From Amoebidium appalachense (Eukaryota > Protista > Ichthyosporea), in NCBI GenBank assembly GCA_963693365.1, contig CAVNZM010000004.1, positions 3,246,389 to 3,310,388 on the forward strand: DNA of 64,000 nt, written 5' to 3'. Positions 25,509-39,059 of this stretch are shown here, piece by piece (the first letter of the stretch is position 1; every line of letters begins with the position of its first letter). The position numbers and the translations under genes are program-made. A model generated the notes under the pieces. That model had not been told where the DNA came from. It was given only the letters and a program-made list of their open reading frames with translations, and did not search any database.

Positions 25509-26681
25509 AAAAAAAAAAACCACACCACCACCACCACCACCGACATCAACAAGCAAGCTACACTCAGTAAACTCGTCCCATAAATAAATACAGAAAAACC
25601 GTCGTGGGCCCAGGGGGAGGGAGGGGGGGGGGGGGGGGGGGGGGGATTCATACATATCTCTCGAAGTAAGCAGCATAGTGCCAGGGTGTGTTGCCCAGCC
25701 CAATGTCCTTCACCACATTCTCAGCCGTCACCAGTTTCATGATGTTGTCTGCACTGTCACCTACATGTGCGCCACACCATTAGCAAAAGGATAGACATAG
25801 TAATATAAAATATGCACACTGTCGCCTGCATGTGCACATTGTTGGCAAAAGGGTTAATAATATCACAACCTTCACACTTTTTGCAGAAGGATAAGGAACA
25901 AAACGCAGGCCCGGGGGGGGGGGGGGGGGGGGGGGGAAAGGAGAAAAAGGAAAGAAAGGTATTAAGAGAATGAGAATTAGAAAGGCTTATGCCAAACGAA
26001 TATCAAAGGTAGGGGGAATGTGTGTGTGTGTGTTTGCGCGCGCACGCACGCGAGTGTGTATGTGTGTGTGAGAGTGTACATGCGCATGTGCATGTGTGCG
26101 CGTGTGCGTGTGCTTTTGTGTGGGTGAGTGGGTGAGAGAGAGTGTGTGTGAATGTGAGTGTGTGGGTGTGTGTGTGCATTAGCTACCTCTGCGCATAGCC
26201 ACAGCTATTGGATGTGTGTTTCTGTCAAAGTCCTTCTGTATCCTCTGGAACTCCCTCTGCAGGGATGCAAGCCCTCTCTTGCGCCGAATCTCATCGTAAT
26301 AGTCCAAGTCCAGATCACTAGCCCATAGCCCCCCATGTCAACACACAGTTACTCACACCAACCCTCTCCCTACCCCAAAATATAAATAAATAAACAAACA
26401 AACAAACAAATAAGTATATAAAACATCAATAATGTTTTTTTAACAGAAATACAACCCCCCCCCCTCCCCCCCGTGACCAAGTGTGTCATCCACACCTATT
26501 GAAGTCCACCCCCCTGCCGCCCGCCCCCCGCCCCCTCCCCCCCCCCCCCCCCCTCCCCCCCCCCCCCCCCCCTGGGGGCTTCAAATAGAGGGCACTGCTC
26601 CAATCACACCCAGGGAGCCAAGGCATGATGGCAGCCCATCTTTTGCACTCTTGCCTTAAAGGTGCAACCGACCTTTGCCCC

Positions 26682-26720
<39 letters not shown>

Positions 26721-27047
26721 TTCCTCCCCTCTTTCCCCGTCTCTCACAAAACTACCAACCACACACACACACACACACACAACCACGAAAACAAAAGTAT
26801 CACACCCACTCAACCACTCAACCCGTCATCCCCCTCATCCCCCCCCCCCCCCCCCCCCCCCACAAAAAAAAAAAAAAAAAAAAAAAAAAGACAGGAAGAA
26901 AGAATAAAAAGGAACAAAAAAAAAAACAAAGACCAAAAATGAAAATCCCCCCCCCCCCCCCCCCTTCCCCCCCAAACCTTTCTCCATGGGCGAGTGCATC
27001 ATCTACATCAAAGTCCATCCACCGGCGTTCCTGCCTCCCCTCGCCCC

Positions 27048-27098
<51 letters not shown>

Positions 27099-27243
27099 GC
27101 TAAGCCTGCTCCATTCACACTCAGAGAGCCCGGTCGGTCCTTCACACCCTAAGTTCTGTTGACTGACACCTCCTGCCACCCTCCCCAACCCCCGCCCCTG
27201 AACACACGCACACGCACGCACACACACACACACCACACACACA

Positions 27244-27316
<73 letters not shown>

Positions 27317-27574
27317 CCACCCCGAGTGCTTTCTCCAACCCTGCTCCCTGAGGAATGCCTCGAACTGCTGATCCTTGACCTCCCACTCCGCATAGTATTT
27401 AATGTCGGTGAAGAAGCTGGCACGGAAATAGCGCTGCATCATCTGCAAAGAGGGAAAAAATAAAAATACAAATACAAATAAATAACATTAAAAAGGAAAA
27501 GGACAAAAAGAAAAAAAGGAAAAAAACAAAAAAGAGAAAAAAAGAAAAAAAGAAAAAAGAGATAAAAGAGGGGG

Positions 27575-27610
<36 letters not shown>

Positions 27611-27815
27611 GAAAGGAAAGAGAGAAAACGAAAAGGAAAAGCAGCCGAGGGCGAGCATGTGTCAGGGTGCTGTTTTTAAACCACTTTCCATATTGTACAA
27701 ACTGCAGTCCCCACGGTTAGGTAAGTACTACATCTTCTTCTCTTTTAACCCATCTTATCCACCGGCCATCCCCTAGTGCCATCTAGGTCTTGCAAGTTTA
27801 GGCTTCAAGTTTTCA

Positions 27816-27849
<34 letters not shown>

Positions 27850-28398
27850 ACCGCCCGCCCCCCGGGGCTCCCTTTTCATAAACGCAAACCCCTTATCTCC
27901 ACTATCTCCACGAACATAAAAAAGCCCCTGCCTTTTTGGACAATAGCCACCGACTACAACTACGACAGAAAACCCCCCATATATATAATTTCTAACAAAA
28001 AAAATCCCAAAACACCCCCCTCCTGAATTAGAACAGGAGTTACCAATTTTTTTAGAGACCTAATATCCCCCCCTACCTCCACGAACACAAATGCCACATA
28101 TTGCCTACGAAAGACCAAGAAGTTTTCTAACTTCCAAGAACAAAAACCACCCCAGTCTTCCGTAAACGACACGATTCACCCATAAACTCGATGAACAAGA
28201 GGCCACCTTACTCCTGTGTGGAAAATCTCAAAAACCCTCTATCTCCATGAACATAAAACCCGCAATCACTCTTCGAAACCTGCCCCCCCCCCCCCCCCCC
28301 CCCCCCCTCTCCCCCCAAACCTCTTCCCCCCCCCTCCCCCCCCTCCCCGGAACAAACACCCCTACGTCCATAACAAACCTTCCCCCCAATCCTCTTCG

Positions 28399-28443
<45 letters not shown>

Positions 28444-29265
28444 ACCTACCCCCACTTACCCCCCCCCCCACCCAAAAAAAAAAAAACCTACCCCCACTTA
28501 CCCCCCCCCCCCCCCCCCCCCCCTCCCCACCCCCAACGTCCATGAGCACTAAACCGCCAAATCCTCTCTCTATTCTCCCCCCCCCCCCCCTCCCCCCCCC
28601 CCCCCCAAAAAAAACACCTTAAGCTACCCCCACAACATAAACCCCCCAACCTTCATGGACATAAACCCCTTAGTCATCAATGAAACAACCCCCCCCTCCC
28701 CCAACCTCCATGAACATAAACCCCCAAGTATTAACGAAAAACAATTTAAAGAAACCCCGAACCCTTATGAACATAGACCCACGTGCCCCCACTAACATAA
28801 CCCCCTCCTAGGCCTACCTCCACGCACATAAGTCCCCCTACCCCCACAAACATAAACCCCCTACCCTCACGAACATGAACCCTCCTAACCCCATGAACAT
28901 AACCCCCCCCCCCCCCCTACCCCCACGAACATAAACACCCCTACCTCCATGAACATAACCCCCCCTACCCCCACGAACATAAACACCCCTACCTCCATGA
29001 ACATGTGCATTGCCAGGTCATCATCCATGCATATGTCGTCGTCGCTATCTTCTTCCTCCTCCGCCAGCTTGCGGTAGGCATAGTTCACCCGCTGAAACTG
29101 GATCTGAAAAAACACCGGGCATGAGACTGTGCACAACCAGAATGTAAAACACACACACACATACACATACACAAGAACACACACACAGAGAGACAAGACA
29201 CCCACACACACACGAGCTCACACCGAGAAACGACACATACACTAACACACACACACACCACACAC

Positions 29266-29323
<58 letters not shown>

Positions 29324-29886
29324 ACACCACCCGGCGACCATATGCATAGCTAAACAAGACTCCGAGCACCCAATAAGTACTGGTCAAAAAACCAGCATCA
29401 TTAACCCTTCATTCAATTATTCCTGCATTCTCTGTGCAACCACCCCTACACCAGAACCGAGCTAACCACCCCCTCACCCGATCCAAGCCTGCCTGTCCGG
29501 GATCCCTCACAGATTTCGGTAGATCTGAGTAGAAGGTGCTGGGCGGATGGAGAAGGAAAGAATGGAGCGAGGGAAGGGGGGGGGGGGGGGGGGGGATTAT
29601 ACCTTTGACTCTTCACTGCCGTCATTCTTGTCGGGGTGGTGCTGCACAGCCAGTCTCTTGTAAGCGGCCCTATAAAAAGGGAAACACAGGTGTAAACAGG
29701 GGAAGGTAAAACCGTTTCAGTTTCTTCAAGCAACCATTTCAAATTCCCTTAGGGCTTGGAAAAAGGCCAACAAGGCAAAAAAACGAGTGGGCGTCCTAGG
29801 CTCACGTACGGGGAAAAGGGGGAAGGGGATCCAAAAGAGGGGAAGAAGGAATTGAGGGTTTGTACGGAAAGGGGGGAGGGGGGGAA

Positions 29887-29920
<34 letters not shown>

Positions 29921-30030
29921 GGAGAGAGAGGAGAGGAAGACACAGATGGATCGTAGTACCTGATCTCCTGCTTGGAGGCCTCCTCGGCGACCCCAAGTAC
30001 GGAGTAGCACTCGGAACGTTTCAGCTGCAT
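22592..30030 (-). CDS. J-domain co-chaperone with ankyrin repeats, charged coiled region, UBA-like domain, CCCH zinc finger and RGG tail; exons approx. 30030-29960, 29669-29603, 29103-28993, 27442-27317, 27030-26978, 26317-26187, 25760-25654, 24968-24831, 24065-23343, 22834-22592
   Basis: CYSVLGV...EIR/AAYKRLAVQHHPDKN.../IQFQRVNYAYRKL (J domain with HPD); GNTPWHYAA and NDRGQTPLDL (ankyrin); LCEMGFEYAQAESAVCACGGDLDAAIRLL (UBA); CKFWPQGICHLGSRCRFAH (C-x7-C-x5-C-x3-H); RGGGRGGRG. Junction phases are compatible; the exon 4/5 boundary is the least certain. Confidence 0.82.
27880..29002 (-). repeat. Degenerate tandem array derived from an exon end/5' splice donor
   Basis: Many decaying copies of (minus strand) tttatgttc(a/g)tgg(a/g)ggtagggg, the same sequence as the exon 3 donor ATGTTCATGGAG|gtaggg. 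Confidence 0.75.
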
Positions 30031-30848
30031 AGTAGCGGGTCACAGGCCGCTACCGTTGCTTGAGCAGATGCCAAAACCCAAGAACAGCACCCCTGTGTGT
30101 CTGGTGTGAAAGGCGATGGGGCACGGGGAACATGCACGAAAGGTGGGGTGGAGCGGGGATATAAGTGGGTGGTTGGGTAGGTAGGGGGGGTTGGTCAATA
30201 CAAGGGAATTTAGGGTTGAATAAAGGAGAAACAATTGAGAATCTGGGAAGCCAAAAATAAATTGTCTTGGTAGTACAGACCGAAAATGCAATTCCTGTTA
30301 CTAGATCTGAGTTAGGCATGTGACTTCGTCCGTCGACCGTGCGTTTTGAGATCGGGGTTTTCGACCTTATTACTTCTACCAGTGCTATCATAAGTACGTA
30401 ACGGGCTATGATTCTTGACAAGAACAAACGTCCGAATCTGCCCTTTACCTCTTTTCTACGCCCACAAGTCTTACCCCAGTTCTGTTGTGTCTCTTCCACT
30501 CAGGTTGACAACTTTGTCATGATGCTGCGCCTTGATTATATAGTCCATTGATAGTCTAAAATATGTATACGTAGATGTCGAACTGATAATCGTACTCTAG
30601 ATTATTTAGGTTGTAAAAATACGTCATGGAAGTCACTGTCTCACAGACTAATCAATCGAAAAATAGCCATATAAGGAATTGGCGCGCTTTTCTTTTTTGA
30701 TGCTAACGTCCGGTGGTCCGTGGCCGGCCCGAGCTTTGAGAACCCCCATGTTGCACCTAAAGCATTCTCAAAATTTGAACATGCCTTCGAAAAGTAGAGG
30801 TATAAGTGATATATCGGGTTGAAAAGGGAAGGGTATAGTGCAGGCAGC

Positions 30849-30991
30849 ATGGCGTCGGGCAGCTTTAAGGCGGGCGTTGACCGTGGGATGGAGTACCGCA
30901 GTGACGGTAGCCAATACGTGGGTATGTTTTCCTTTCACAGTTTTTTGTTTGGGCGGTGGGGTGGGGTAGGAGGGTGGGGTGGGGGGGGGGG

Positions 30992-31025
<34 letters not shown>

Positions 31026-32002
31026 GGGGAAGGGGTAGTGAAGTTATAAATTAAAAAAAAGGAGGGGAGTTGAGGGAATGAAAGATCAGGTGGGTAGCTG
31101 CAACTTGCAATCCGAACACGTGCACGTTGCACATTCTTGTCACATACCCACCTCTCTCACCTGCAGGATCATTTCTTTCAAATCGTGTGAATGAATAATT
31201 TATGATGTTTATGGCATTGCCCTTAAGAATCCTGCGATTTTGCATCTGATTTTGAGCTCAAATAAGTTTAAGCACTGCCCTTAAGAATCCTACGAATTTG
31301 CATCTGATTTTGAGCTCAAATAAGTTTAAGCAATAAGTGATATACTCCAAGCGCGCACAGTATCTTTTTTCCGTGAACCACATAAGGTCCTCTAGCTAGG
31401 CTGCTTGAGGCACACACGCTTGCACATGTCTTGGCACGCTCAGGAGTTGCCGTGGCTGTGCACTTATTCAAGGAAGCGCACACATTCTTGCACCCATGCA
31501 TGCACAAGCGGAATCGCAATAACCAGTCTCACACACAAGCTGGAACACACACATACACACACACACCAATAAATGAACACATGCCCACAGGCGCACAAAC
31601 ACACTCAAACTAAGGCTCCATGGAAGGAGAGACACACATCTCAAGCAATAAGGCCACCCATATATATTACATGTGTTTAAATACGAGCACCTGACACGCC
31701 TACGAATATGCATCAAGCCCACACTTACACCTGCTTTCCCTCGCACAAATATATGGCACATAAGAACCGTAACACTTCATCTCTCAATCACTCTCATCCC
31801 CTCGCCCAACAACCCAACACGGAATAAAGCACTGATTTTCAGGGCATTATTGCAGGGCAGTATAAGCATGGAAGGCCCCATGGGTTGGGGGTGCTGCACT
31901 GGCAGGATGGAGAAAGGTGTGTTAAGAACTTTCTTTCATGGCACTAGTTTAACAAAGCACAAATCATCTCTGGTCATCAGGGCAAATTTCTCTTCCTCCA
32001 GT

Positions 32003-32033
<31 letters not shown>

Positions 32034-32726
32034 TGGTAAACCACATTGCATGAAAGATAAATAGCCTGGCAAGCAAAATACTGACATGGATCGACATCAT
32101 GTGCCCCTGGAACATAGGTTCTGTGCATTCGGTCGTAGACTCTGAAGATGGGGCATCTACACGGGTTCGAAGGAGGTTTTTGGCCCAGACCGCATCTGTT
32201 TTGCTTGCTGTTTAGTTCAGTGTATTTACTTTGAAACAGCATATGTACACAATACACCACTTTCCCTCTCCCCCCCCCTCCCCCCCACTCCTCCCCTCCC
32301 TCCCTCTTTTCTTAAGCTCATCATAATGTAACATGCTTTTTTTGTGGTGGGCCACAGATACCAGGGGCAGTTTTGTGACGGTCTGCGTGAGGGCTTTGGA
32401 ATGTACACACGGGCAGACGGTGCACCGTATGAGGGCCAGTGGGTGAAGGATGCAAAGGAGGGCATAGGTATCCCTCCCCATGTCCTCCCCCCCCCCCCCC
32501 CTCCCCCACTCACACACACACCCCTCTCTCTTTTCCTTTCTCTTCCCCCCCCTCCCCCCCCTGCCCCCCTCCCATCCCCACAAAAAAAAAAAAAAAGAAA
32601 AGAAAAGAAAAAGAAAAAAGTAAAGCAAAGGAAGCTTGAAGGAAAGTGTGCACACAAGGGTACAAACCCCCTTTTTTTTTACACCTCACAGCGTCAGTTC
32701 CACAATGGCCCCATTTCTCCTGTGCA

Positions 32727-32762
<36 letters not shown>

Positions 32763-33657
32763 TTCTTTCCCCGGGGGGAATAGCCGTTCATTCCCTTCAT
32801 GTATTCTATGATGGGATGTGTGGCCAAACGATAGTTGTGCTTGTGTACCCACCGGGGAAAGGTTAAAAATAGGCACATCTGAAAGTTTCATTCTTGGGAC
32901 AGAGATTGGTTTTTAAGTATTTATGGCTATACTTTTTTTTTTTGGGGGGGTGTGTGTGTGTGGGGGGGGGGGGGGGCTAGGGAAGGAAAAATGAAGGGGG
33001 GTTTGAGGTTTTTTTTTGAGGGGGGGAGAGGCGGGGGGGGGGGGGGGGGGGGGGAGCTAGGGAAGGAAAAAGGAGTGGTTTTTTTTTTTTTTTTTGGGGG
33101 GGGGGGGGGGGCTTATCAAACATATTGGCCAATGCACCCCCCCCCTGCCACCTCCCCTTCGCACACACACACACACACACACCTGGGCCGCTTTCTCCCT
33201 GCATTCCCACAACCTTCCCCTCATCCCTTCTTCCATTCAGCATTCCTTACCCTTCCTCCTCCATCCCTCCCTACCTTCCATTAATGGATGCATGACCACA
33301 GGCCGTGAGGTGTACCCCGGTGAGTGCATGTATGTTGGGGGATGGAGCAAGAACATGTGGCACGGGCTGGGCCGGACCGTTGATTTGAGCCAAAACCCGG
33401 CCCGAATCATCCATTCGGGTCAGTGGGCCCATAATCTCGTAACTGACTCACACATGGCCGCCCCCCTGGATGAGACCTTTTTTCAGGTGATCCCCCCCCC
33501 CCCCCCCCCCCCCCCCCCCACCCAAACACACACACACACACACATACACACAACCCTTCCCTCCCCCCTCCCTTTCTTTCTCTTCTCCCTTTTCCCTTCC
33601 CCCCCCCCCCCCCCCCCCCACACACACACACAGACACAGACACACGCGTACACGATC

Positions 33658-33697
<40 letters not shown>

Positions 33698-34104
33698 CCA
33701 CCACCACCACCACCACCCCTTCTAACGCACACACACACACCTTTCTCTCTCTTAAGTTTCAGTTTCAGATACCGTTGTCTTATCCTCCTTCCCCCCCCCC
33801 CCCCCCCCCCCCTCCCCCCTACCCCTCTGCTCCCCTCCCCTTCTGCTCGTTGCACTACACAGCTCTGGGCGTTTTCCTTGCATGTTGGAGGAGGGGTAGG
33901 GAGGGTGTATGTGTGTGTGAGAGGGGGGGGGGGGGGGAGGCATCGAGGGCGGGGAGTCAATTTCGGTTGCTGGTCCTAAGAATATATGTCTCACGAGTGT
34001 TATTGGTGTGCAAGAGTTAAAGATCCCAACCAGGGAGATCATTTGCTCGGTCAACACCGCTCAAACCCCAACCTTATTGTGGTTCAACCTTTACGCTCCC
34101 CCCC

Positions 34105-34139
<35 letters not shown>

Positions 34140-34716
34140 CACACACACACACACGCACGCACACCCGACCCTCTCCTCTTCTTAACACCACATGCATGCG
34201 CACACAAGAGACAGACAGGCACGCACACACCACACACACACACACCTTTTCCTTCCATCTCCTCTCCCATCAGAAGCTTTATATGTATGACCAGGTAGCA
34301 GCACAAAAAAAATAAGATGTCACAACCATGATTACAGCCCAAAAATAGCCACTTTAAAAGTCTAAAAATAGTTCATTGGGCCCAGAATGTTGTGTCTGCA
34401 GCGAGTAAGGCCAGTGAGGTTGCAGCAGCAGCCATGGTCGTGGCTGATGGCATAGTGAGGGACCTGAGTGACCCACAGGACAATGTGGTGAATAAGTATA
34501 ACCCCCCCCCCCCCCCCCCCCTTCCCGCCGCCGCCTCTGTCACACATAAAGCTTGCACACACCTACACACAGGCTTGCACGTGCGCGTGACTCACACACA
34601 CATACACACACAGCGAGAGAGAGGAGGAGAAAGGGGGAGTTGCTCATACATGCACTCCTACACGGACACACAGTCACGCCTACACACGCATGCACGCACA
34701 CATGTACACACAAACA

Positions 34717-34782
<66 letters not shown>

Positions 34783-34846
34783 CTGAACACAAACCTAATG
34801 CATATGCTCACAATCATACGAACAAACACGCACACACACGCGCACG

Positions 34847-34896
<50 letters not shown>

Positions 34897-35574
34897 GGGA
34901 TCACGATAAACTTCTTCTATTAAAGCAAAGAGTAGTAAAGAGTAGCTTCCACTTGTCTGTTCATTGCTCGATATCACCATTGGTCCGCTCTTTTCACCAA
35001 TTCATTTTTTTCATGCTATCATCCAATCAGGAACCACGATCCAACAGGTTCCCCCCCCCCCCCCCCCTCCCCCCCGGAAAGAAAACTAAACAACGTATTA
35101 TGCAGTTAGCGTGCCCCACACACACATACACCATACACACAGATGCACACATGCACACGCGCACACACATACATACCACACACACATCTCCCTCTCTCCC
35201 CACACACACACTCCTCACCACCTCTCCTTTCCCCCTCTCTCCCCTTCCTCCCCACATTTCCTCAGAGATTCCCTCACTACTGTCTTCTGCCGTTCCACAC
35301 AATGCACACACTCTTTCGTTGTCCCCCCCCCCCCCCCCCCCCCTCCTTTCCTTTCCTTCGCTGTCTCCTGCCCCTCCCCCCCTCCCCCCTTCCCTGCTCT
35401 ATCTTTCTCTCTCTTTCTCATATCAACCCCCACACACATAGTGCTAAAATTCAACCCTGTGTGTGTTTGCAGGCTGCAGTTCACTGTGCAGACAGCCACA
35501 CCCATACGCGTGGATGTGGAGTTGACGGCAAAGGGCACCGTGAGGTTGAGGGGCAGGGGCATGGCTGTACTGCA

Positions 35575-35611
<37 letters not shown>

Positions 35612-35630
35612 GGGGTGGGTGGGTGGGTGG

Positions 35631-35661
<31 letters not shown>

Positions 35662-35820
35662 GGGGATTGGTGGGTGGGTGGGTGGGTGGTTGGGGTTGCC
35701 GGGGGGAGGGGGGGGGGTTAGGGGAGGTGAGGGAAGTGGTTGGTTGGTTGGGTGGGGGTAGGTGTGTGTGTGTGGGTAAGGGGGGCCGGAGGATAATGGG
35801 GTGTGGCTATGTCTGTGTGG

Positions 35821-35851
<31 letters not shown>

Positions 35852-35969
35852 TGTGATTTTGTGATTTTGTGATTTTGAGTGGGTAGGTACATGTAGGTGG
35901 GCTTATCTGTTAATTTAGTGTGGGTGTGTGATGTGTAGGTGAGGCATCGGTGTCATGCGTGAAGGCGTT

Positions 35970-36007
<38 letters not shown>

Positions 36008-36426
36008 CGTGTGTGTGTGTGTTTGTTTGTGTTTGTGTGCGCATGCATACATGCATGTGTGCTACATGGGTTGGGTTTTTGCAACCACCTTTACCTGTAA
36101 AAAACAAGCACAGGGAGTACTGCTGCCACTTTTTCCTGTTTCAGTGTTGGCGTTGGCCGATATCAAGCTCTTGGTGGTTGGAATTTGGAACATTCCAGAT
36201 GTGGGATTTGTGGGGCTTACATAGCAACCCCCCCCCCTCCCCCACCCACCCACCCCTCACCCCGCCCCACCCAACCCCCTCCCCTCACGCGTGTACTGTG
36301 AACGCTTTGGGCCTCCTCTGAAAATGAGCTTTACTTTAAGGCATATTCTTTGTATGTGCTTAGCAAGATTTCAATGATTGTTTTGTCCGTCGTGTAGGCT
36401 TACTTCATATCCAGAAACACATTCTC

Positions 36427-36460
<34 letters not shown>

Positions 36461-36729
36461 TTCCCCCTCCCCCCGGCCATCTCCCCCTCTCCCCCTCCCC
36501 CCCCCCCCCCCCCCCCCCCACACACACACACATACACACACACCTCTTTCTCCTTCCTCCCTCCTCTGCAGGGATTTTGTACCGGGCGAGGTACCGACAA
36601 AACCTCCACCAAGGGGTATGGGAGTTAACACTTAACGGTTGTGATGGGGAGCTAGCAGAGCGGTACGGTTTGATGTATATGCTGGATGAGATCAGAAAAG
36701 AGATCGGCCCGGTTACTGTGACCCGATAA
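30849..36729 (+). CDS. MORN-repeat protein with an unrecognised C-terminal region; exons approx. 30849-30921, 31856-31916, 32358-32467, 33302-33486, 34386-34495, 35473-35576, 36572-36729
   Basis: Successive MORN units YVGQYKHGRPHGLG, YQGQFCDGLREGFG, YEGQWVKDAKEGIG and YVGGWSKNMWHGLG across phase-compatible GT-AG introns; the 3' exons are less certain. Confidence 0.82.
31216..31332. repeat. ~59-bp tandem duplication in an intron
   Basis: tgcccttaagaatcct...tttgcatctgattttgagctcaaataagtttaagca occurs twice. Confidence 0.85.
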
Positions 36730-37137
36730 CTGCGACCCAGTAACTGTGACCCGAGAGGGGGGGGGGGGGGGGGGGGGGGGGGCTCCTTTTTTAGTTTGCA
36801 GGAAAGAAGAGTATCACAGCAATCGGTACGATTGTTGGGTTTGATTGGGTCCGTATACATATGATGTATGTGAACCCAATGATTGATGGAAAAATCAGCC
36901 GAAGGCCAGGCAAAGCGTATTTGGTCCTTCTGTAGGGCGGCAGGCCGGTTGTTGGGTTGTGTGTGCATATGCGGGAACACCTGTGTACGTGTAGATTTTA
37001 TTTTATTTTATTTTATTATCAATTTTTTTTTGCCTTTATGTTGTTTTGTTTTATTTTGTTTTGTTTTGTTTTGTTGTGTGTGTGTGTGTGTGTGTGCGTG
37101 GGAGGGGAGGGGGGGGGGGGGGGGGGGGGAGGGGGGA

Positions 37138-37175
<38 letters not shown>

Positions 37176-38082
37176 CTGGAGGGCTGGCCGGCAAGACTGG
37201 TCTGGTGTAGGTGTTCGTCAGTCAGGGCAGGGAGATTACGGTGGCCGTTTTTTGTGGGCATTCAAACCTTACCAAGGCATGGATTCATTATGGTATTGAA
37301 AAGGAAGCCTTACTTACACCTAAAGTCACAGATGAAGTGATGGGTTGCATGAATAATAACCTGCTAAAGAAATTGAATCACTAATGGTTGTGTGTAACGA
37401 TACCTTAATTCCAATGATTGGGGAGAGGCTATATTTATTAGCTACTAGTCCTAATAAATGTTAACTATAGGGCAGTTATAAACATTTAAGTGTATATATA
37501 TGTCCAAGCCGTATGAGGGATATTGGTCGTTGTTTATTTTTTTTTGTTTTTTATTTTATTTTATTTTATTTTCCTTTTTTCTTTTTTCTTAGTGGCATTT
37601 TTGTTTGTTTTTGAGACAGCCACCATCTACTTCGGTTGGTATTGAGTACTTTGGCATCATGATATATGTAGCAATCCCTCTGCAGATGACTTGATCATCT
37701 GCATACTGTCCTTGACAAGATTTCAAGTATATAAAATGAGTGTCTCTTGCTTATGCATTCCTGAGACCCCCTTCCGTGCACGGTCAGGCTTTCGAGCCGC
37801 GTTCGAACCAGCCAAACTCCTGCAGCAAGACCGTCTGGATCCATTCCTGCCCCCTTCCCCTTCCCCCCCCCCCCCCCTAGGCCCCCCCCCTCCTCCCCCC
37901 TCAACCCCAACCCCAACCCACCCGCCCACCACCACCACCACTGACACCGCCACAAAAAAGAAAAACAATAACTTCCCCACCTGTACCGCGCAAATTAAAA
38001 AGGACCCCTTCACACCCCTCCAGAAATAACACGACTCACCGTGCACATATATAGACACATGTAAACTGACCCCCTCCCCCCC

Positions 38083-38113
<31 letters not shown>

Positions 38114-38428
38114 AATCCCCCCGGGCCCATTTTTGTTACCTGCGTCAGCCGAGCACGTTCCTAGCACCGCCAGAATATGAGGTTTCAATTGTAAAATGGA
38201 AGTCACGCCCTGTATGGCAATACGTATGCCTGCCCCCCCCCCCCCCCCCCCCCCCCCCCTCCTTCCAAAACAGACACACACACACACCTACCCGAAATAG
38301 CACTTCGGTCTCAGGGGGCCTCAGGTTGGGCAAAGAGGAAAAGATACAAGTCGAAATTTTTAATCTCCTTGCCGTTCCAAAGTCTAGAATAGTAACATGG
38401 AACACAAAGAAGGTCACTATATAGAGAC

Positions 38429-38638
38429 AGCAACCCCTGCAAACATCGCTATCACATTCGATTTACCGTGCTACACTCGCCCCTAGTTGCAGTTGCAATT
38501 GCAAGAAAGGGAATACAAACATACGTGTTGGGGTGCAACCCCAGCAAACATCGCTGTCACATTCGATTTACCGTGCTATACTCGCCACTAGTTGCAGTTG
38601 CAATTGCAAGAAAGGAAATACAATCATACGTGTTGGGG
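38429..38638. repeat. ~105-bp tandem duplication, intergenic
   Basis: gcaacccc.gcaaacatcgct.tcacattcgatttaccgtgcta...gttgcagttgcaattgcaagaaagg...catacgtgttgggg occurs twice. Confidence 0.85.
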
Positions 38639-38721
38639 AAAACTACCATCAGATTTCACGACCTACCAGACTGAGGTGCTTTCGTCATTGGTGTCATACA
38701 AACAGAACCCCCCTCCCCGCC

Positions 38722-38766
<45 letters not shown>

Positions 38767-39059
38767 CACACACACACACAGAGAGAGACACACAGACGCA
38801 TGCTTTCAAGGGAATAAGGTACAAGAAAAAGAGTCAATGGCCCACTGTATGGAACAAGTGACATCAAACATTACTCTGCCCATCTCGTCTGAAAAGGCAA
38901 TCCTGGTTCTGCCCTGTCCCCCCAGCTGGGCCCTTCCCCCCTTCCCCTCCCCCCTCCCCCCACCCCCCCCCCCCCCCACCCCCCCCCCCCTTCGTAAATA
39001 TCTAATAAGCACCCCCATATCAGCCGTTGTGATGGTCAATTAACATCGGCGTTTTGCAT

